This document shows, one piece after another, positions 35,500 through 39,547 of a stretch of DNA of 39,547 nucleotides (positions within the stretch are counted from its first letter, which is position 1; each line of letters starts with the position of its first letter). Under the pieces are notes generated by a model, which searched no databases, was not told the origin of the DNA, and saw nothing but the letters and a program-made list of their open reading frames with translations. Origin of the DNA: Octopus bimaculoides (Eukaryota); the NCBI RefSeq assembly GCF_001194135.2, contig NC_068984.1, positions 37,261,176-37,300,722 on the forward strand, read 5' to 3'. A program made the position numbers and the translations under genes.

Positions 35500-36314
35500 T
35501 AAGTCTTCATCTTCGCTCTTTCCTATGTTTAAACATTTCCATCTAATATAAAACAGTGAGTTCTTTTCGCTAAACATTTTGCAGAAAATATCAAGTATGT
35601 CGGTGAAATTTATGCTGGACGCTTTATTTATTTTATTTATTTATTTATTGCCAATATGAAGTTACTATACTTCTCATGCTCTTCTGTCACTAGTTTACTT
35701 AAAACTAGGCGCGTTTGCATTTTGTCCGTCCAATCCTAACATTCTTTTTCAAAAATTTGTTCACATCTTCGAAAGTATGCCTCTAATGTTACTCTTTCTT
35801 CGGGGTAATATTTTAATCCGCTTATGGAACTTGCTACATGGTCAGGCGAAAATGTAGTCTCCGGTTTCGTTATCAACTTCATTAGTTCTAACATTTGCTG
35901 CTGTAATCCTTGTTGTTGTTGTTCTCGTTGTTCCTTGCGTTGTTGTTGTTGCTGATTTTGCAACTCAAGTACCCCAGCTAACATGTCTTCCATATTTTAC
36001 GATTTTCGTAAGTTTGCACACGACATTCTTTTTTTTTTTTTTTTTTTGTCGAGTTATTTAATCTTCCACGTGAATTAGTTTAAACTCTACGTGTCAAAGT
36101 TTTTGTTTTCATTCTGCATAAATTTGTTTTTCCTTGTTGCCATTGTTGTAAAGTAGGTTTCGCCCATTGATGTGATGTGTGACTGCCGACTCTCAACTGC
36201 CGACTCTCAACTCATCTAGTCTTGACCCTCTCTTGACGACCGGCTGCTGGTTTATTTATAATGGTTCTCCTACAACTTTTTACCGGTAGGAGTATACAGT
36301 TTCACTATGCAACA
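35500..36314 (-). mobile_element. Gypsy-type LTR retrotransposon 5' end: LTR, PBS-like site, leader and gag N-terminus
   Basis: ATG 35993: MEDML..QQQQ..TFSPDHVASSIS..KYYPEERVT.EAYFRR.E.IFEKEC*DWTDK..RLVL.KL..EEHEKY.NFIL, (ATTT)n interruption, ..INF..FSEKNSLF.IRWKCLN..EDED. This is a retrotransposon gag-like pattern, preceded by the LTR below. Confidence 0.8.
36168..36314 (-). repeat. Putative 5' LTR (147 bp, TG...CA)
   Basis: Minus strand starts TGTTGCATAG, contains TATAAATAAA and ends CACATCA, followed after 1 nt by TGGGCG (PBS-like TGG). Includes a 14-bp tandem duplication CTGCCGACTCTCAA x2. Confidence 0.6.
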
Positions 36315-36339
36315 GACGAACAGACAGACAGACAAACAA

Positions 36340-36428
<89 letters not shown>
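36315..36428. repeat. (GACA)/(GATA)n microsatellite
   Basis: Direct reading. Confidence 0.93.
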
Positions 36429-36429
<1 letters not shown>

Positions 36430-36519
36430 TCTGTAGAAAGTCAAAAAAGAAAGACTGCTTTATATAGACAAAGAGTCAAATGTTATGAATATAGTGTATC
36501 GGCACAGTTAAAGATACCT

Positions 36520-36985
36520 TAGGTTTTCAAATACATATTTGTAAACAACTATTTAATGCCACCGTTTCAGACATTGTTGTAGTTGATAAAACGATGAGGG
36601 AAACCAAGATCATAGATATTGCTATGCTGGGAATGTACGATTGAATGATAAAAAAACTGGAGAAAAGTGGGAAATACGAGCCAGTAAGAGATTGCACGAA
36701 TATGGGCTCCAGTGGGAGCATTAACAACCAGGTTTGAGAAATTTGTTGGAGAAACTGGGATTGACATGACGGTAGAACATGCTCAAAACTGCTTTATTGG
36801 GGACAGTGAGGATTTTGAGATTGGTACTTGGATGTTAAGTATCTTGGAAGAGACCCAGTGATACTCTAGGCAACAGGTTTTTGTCCGCTCTTACAGGAAT
36901 AACCGAAGCAAGAGAAATCGAGTGCCTTTAGGAACTAAATGATAATAGCAATAACGAAAATAAAAGAATACTAATAATAATATTA
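36520..36985 (+). mobile_element. R4/Dong-like copy D: RLE C-terminus and 3' UTR
   Basis: FQI..SDIVVVDKTMRETKIIDIA..EK..KY..VGAL..RFEKFVGETGIDM.VEHAQ..ALLGTVRILRLVLGC*, ending in a degenerate AAT-rich tail. Confidence 0.85.
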
Positions 36986-37104
36986 TGACCAACCACAAAA
37001 AGGTGTGGAATTGGCTAAGACCCAACACTATACATGCATAACAAAGAGGCAGTATACTGGCACTGGAAAGTATGCAAGAATTTTAAGATGAAAAGAACAG
37101 ATAA

Positions 37105-37510
37105 ATCGTAAAAGTCCTCAGCCTAACACGGCCATCAACAACAACGGTGTCTTCATTCCCTGGGACATAATCATCCACACCGATAGACAGACAGATGCTA
37201 ACAGCTTTACTTTACTACCAAAGACAAACAAGATAGGAGTTGCACACACATCAAACATTGTAATACCTTACGAAAAAGATTTTGTAATGTATTACAGTGC
37301 GAAAATCAGACAGAAATACAATGCCTGGAGACCAAAATCAATAGGATGTAGAGTATTGAAAATTGAAATAATAACAGTGGTGCTTTAAGACACATAAAAA
37401 ATGGAGTGGAAAAGCTCGCCAATTGCATCCTGAGCAATATTGATATCTATGCAGTCAGAAGAACGCTATAGTGGGAACAGCGAAGTTATTAAGTAGAGTG
37501 CTGTCAATAA
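37105..37510 (+). mobile_element. R4/Dong-like copy E: old RLE C-terminus
   Basis: PQPNT..NN.V.IPWDIIIHTDRQ..AN..DKQ.R.C..VIP....GAL.HIK.G.EK....KNAIVGTAKLLSRVLSIN* across frameshifts. Confidence 0.7.
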
Positions 37511-37961
37511 ACTGACAACTTCAATATAGCAGCCAATCTGCTTTGTATAGTCACCTTTCGGGTAGAATTTGGGGATGTTTCCGTGAAGTTTGCTCATTCT
37601 TTTAAAAAACGTATTAAAACGAATAGTGTTGAATAATTCAGGAAAAGAGCTTGAAATTTCTGACTGGAATAGCTGTTTCATCTCTGTCTTCCCATGTTAA
37701 AACAAACCACCGTCACTATCATGATAACAACAATAAAAAAGATAAAATTATCGTCTCAACATATCTGCATAATTCCATCTGAGTGTCACATACACCATTA
37801 ACTCTATTACAACATTCCTTGGAAACTGCCCTCTAGGCTGCATTATTAATTATATATGTGAAATACGCCTAAATGTTCAGCAGGTTCACTCCGTAGAAAC
37901 GATTGTCGAAATATCTGGCCATGTAACAAAATGAGGTGACTATAGCTCTACTTGTAATACT

Positions 37962-37964
<3 letters not shown>

Positions 37965-37995
<31 letters not shown>

Positions 37996-38308
37996 CTGCG
38001 TGCGTGCGCGCGCGTGTGTGTATATACGTTTATGTGTGTGTTTGTATGTATGTATCATGTCATACATTGGCATGCATTTGGGCCTAATGATTTATAAGCA
38101 AGTATAGGATTGGATCCTCTGTTATTTAGGATAGTTATGTAATCTGAGAGAAATCCCCCACAAAAATATACTCTGAATGTGACAGAGCCTCCATATTTCC
38201 TCGAGTCAGATTCGACCAATTTCGAAAACAAAAAGTTTTCTTGAAAAGTTTCCTTTGTGTTATTGCCGTTCATGCGAAAGTTGTTACATCCGTTGCAATT
38301 GCAGTTGC

Positions 38309-38373
<65 letters not shown>

Positions 38374-38571
38374 TTGTTATTGTTAGTTGCTTTTTAGATC
38401 AGTTTATCTCTGAAAACATTGTAATTGGTTGGTTCTGAGATATATGCCATTTTTTTCATTTTGTTTGGATGTAAAAGAAAAGTAAAAAAGAAGAAGAAGA
38501 AGAAGAAGAAGAAGAAGAAGAAGAAGAAGAAGAAGAAGAAGAAGAAGAAGAAGAAGAAGAAGAAGAAGAAG

Positions 38572-38612
<41 letters not shown>
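37965..38612. repeat. Microsatellite cluster: (GT)/(GC), (GTT)/(GCT), (AAG)n(AAC)n
   Basis: Direct reading (37965-38055, 38305-38380, 38488-38612). Confidence 0.9.
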
Positions 38613-38614
<2 letters not shown>

Positions 38615-39396
38615 GGAAGAATTGTAGTAAAGAAAGAAGAAATAGTAGTGGAATAGGTATGAGATGAAGGGGTTGTTTCACTGCGTCCTTTGTTAGTATA
38701 TTTGGTTCACACACGACGTACTGTTTATATCGATTTGAGTCAAAGCCAATACAATTTAATTAGGTAACTTGAGGCTAGTCACTCATAGTTTCCAATTTAG
38801 GGATTCCGAAGGAGACTTTCTAGAAATCCAATTATGCAATTCACTTTAACACCCCCAAATGACGTTATTTACAGAATGTTTAGAAGGCATTCATTCATTG
38901 CTCATTTACCAAGACTCTGGTGAGAAAAGAGCATAAGAGTACTTGTGTAGCAGTGTCTGTAAAAAGCAAATTATATATAACGTAGAGTAAAATTTTAAAA
39001 GAAACATTGCCAAGGACATTAGTTAATAGATGGTAAGTTGTCACTATGGGAAATCTGACTAAAGGTGCCAATTACTATATTGAACGAATAAGTTCTAACC
39101 AGCTTTCGGGAGCTGTTTGATAATTGATTAAATTTACCAAAAATTGCTTCAATACATATTTTATGTCTAATACAAATTTATTTAATAACGAAATAAAAAT
39201 AACTGGAAAATGAGATAAGCGTTCATTGCGATGTTTACAAAAGTTTCTTTTGAATATATATGTATTTTCTAGCGTCAACCAAACTGTTTGATTATCTACA
39301 TATATATCTATTCACCTATGTGTCTATCAGATGCATCAAGATTTGTAGATTTCTAGCTAGATAGATAGAAAGGGAAATAGAGAGACAGACAGACTG

Positions 39397-39547
39397 TTAG
39401 ATAGATAGATAGATAGATAGATAGGTTTCTTTATTAGCCACACAGGGCTCAACACAGAGGGGACAAAATACAAATGTAGAGTTTTTCTTTTCGAGGGGGT
39501 CGAAATCAAAGCAGAAAAAAAAACAAAAGTGGGGACAACGATGAAAA
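39397..39547 (-). mobile_element. 3' terminus of a non-LTR element with AATAAA and (CTAT)n tail (cut by window edge)
   Basis: Minus strand ...GTCCCCTCTGTGTTGAGCCCTGTGTGGCTAATAAAGAAAC followed by (CTAT)n. Resembles a recalled octopod LINE 3' end; clade not determined. Confidence 0.45.

Noticed and set aside
32410-36767. Minus-strand ORFs overlapping the R4/Dong copies (32410..32685, 34642..35094, 36527..36767)
   Set aside because: Antisense shadows of retrotransposon coding sequence.

Overview
AT-rich, microsatellite-dense eukaryotic DNA from a draft assembly with 10 N-gaps (about 3.2 kb in total). The SINE families and repeat landscape look like coleoid cephalopod (Octopus-like) DNA; this is inferred from recalled repeat families, not a database result. 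No intact gene, rRNA, true tRNA or CRISPR array is supported. Nearly all long ORFs in the track are microsatellite or gap artefacts, or decayed transposon proteins. Supported content: several tRNA-derived SINEs; two CR1-clade LINE fragments; an RTE-clade RT fragment; two different Penelope-like elements back to back; at least six R4/Dong-like (RLE endonuclease) retrotransposon fragments, five of them co-oriented within 32.0-37.5 kb; and a rearranged Gypsy-type LTR+gag. Observations most worth following up: (i) a minimal hammerhead-ribozyme-like motif with a U3-A8 core variant 3' of the Penelope ORF; (ii) two SINEs separated and flanked by three copies of one 15-bp target site; (iii) a 41-bp inverted repeat whose mismatches are all transitions and which encloses a possible mini-exon; (iv) a CpG-retaining unique island holding a 55-aa single-TM small ORF; (v) an inversion inside the Gypsy gag; (vi) weak candidate exons of an unidentified host gene. 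I did not find convincing evidence of a wholly new multi-gene system.
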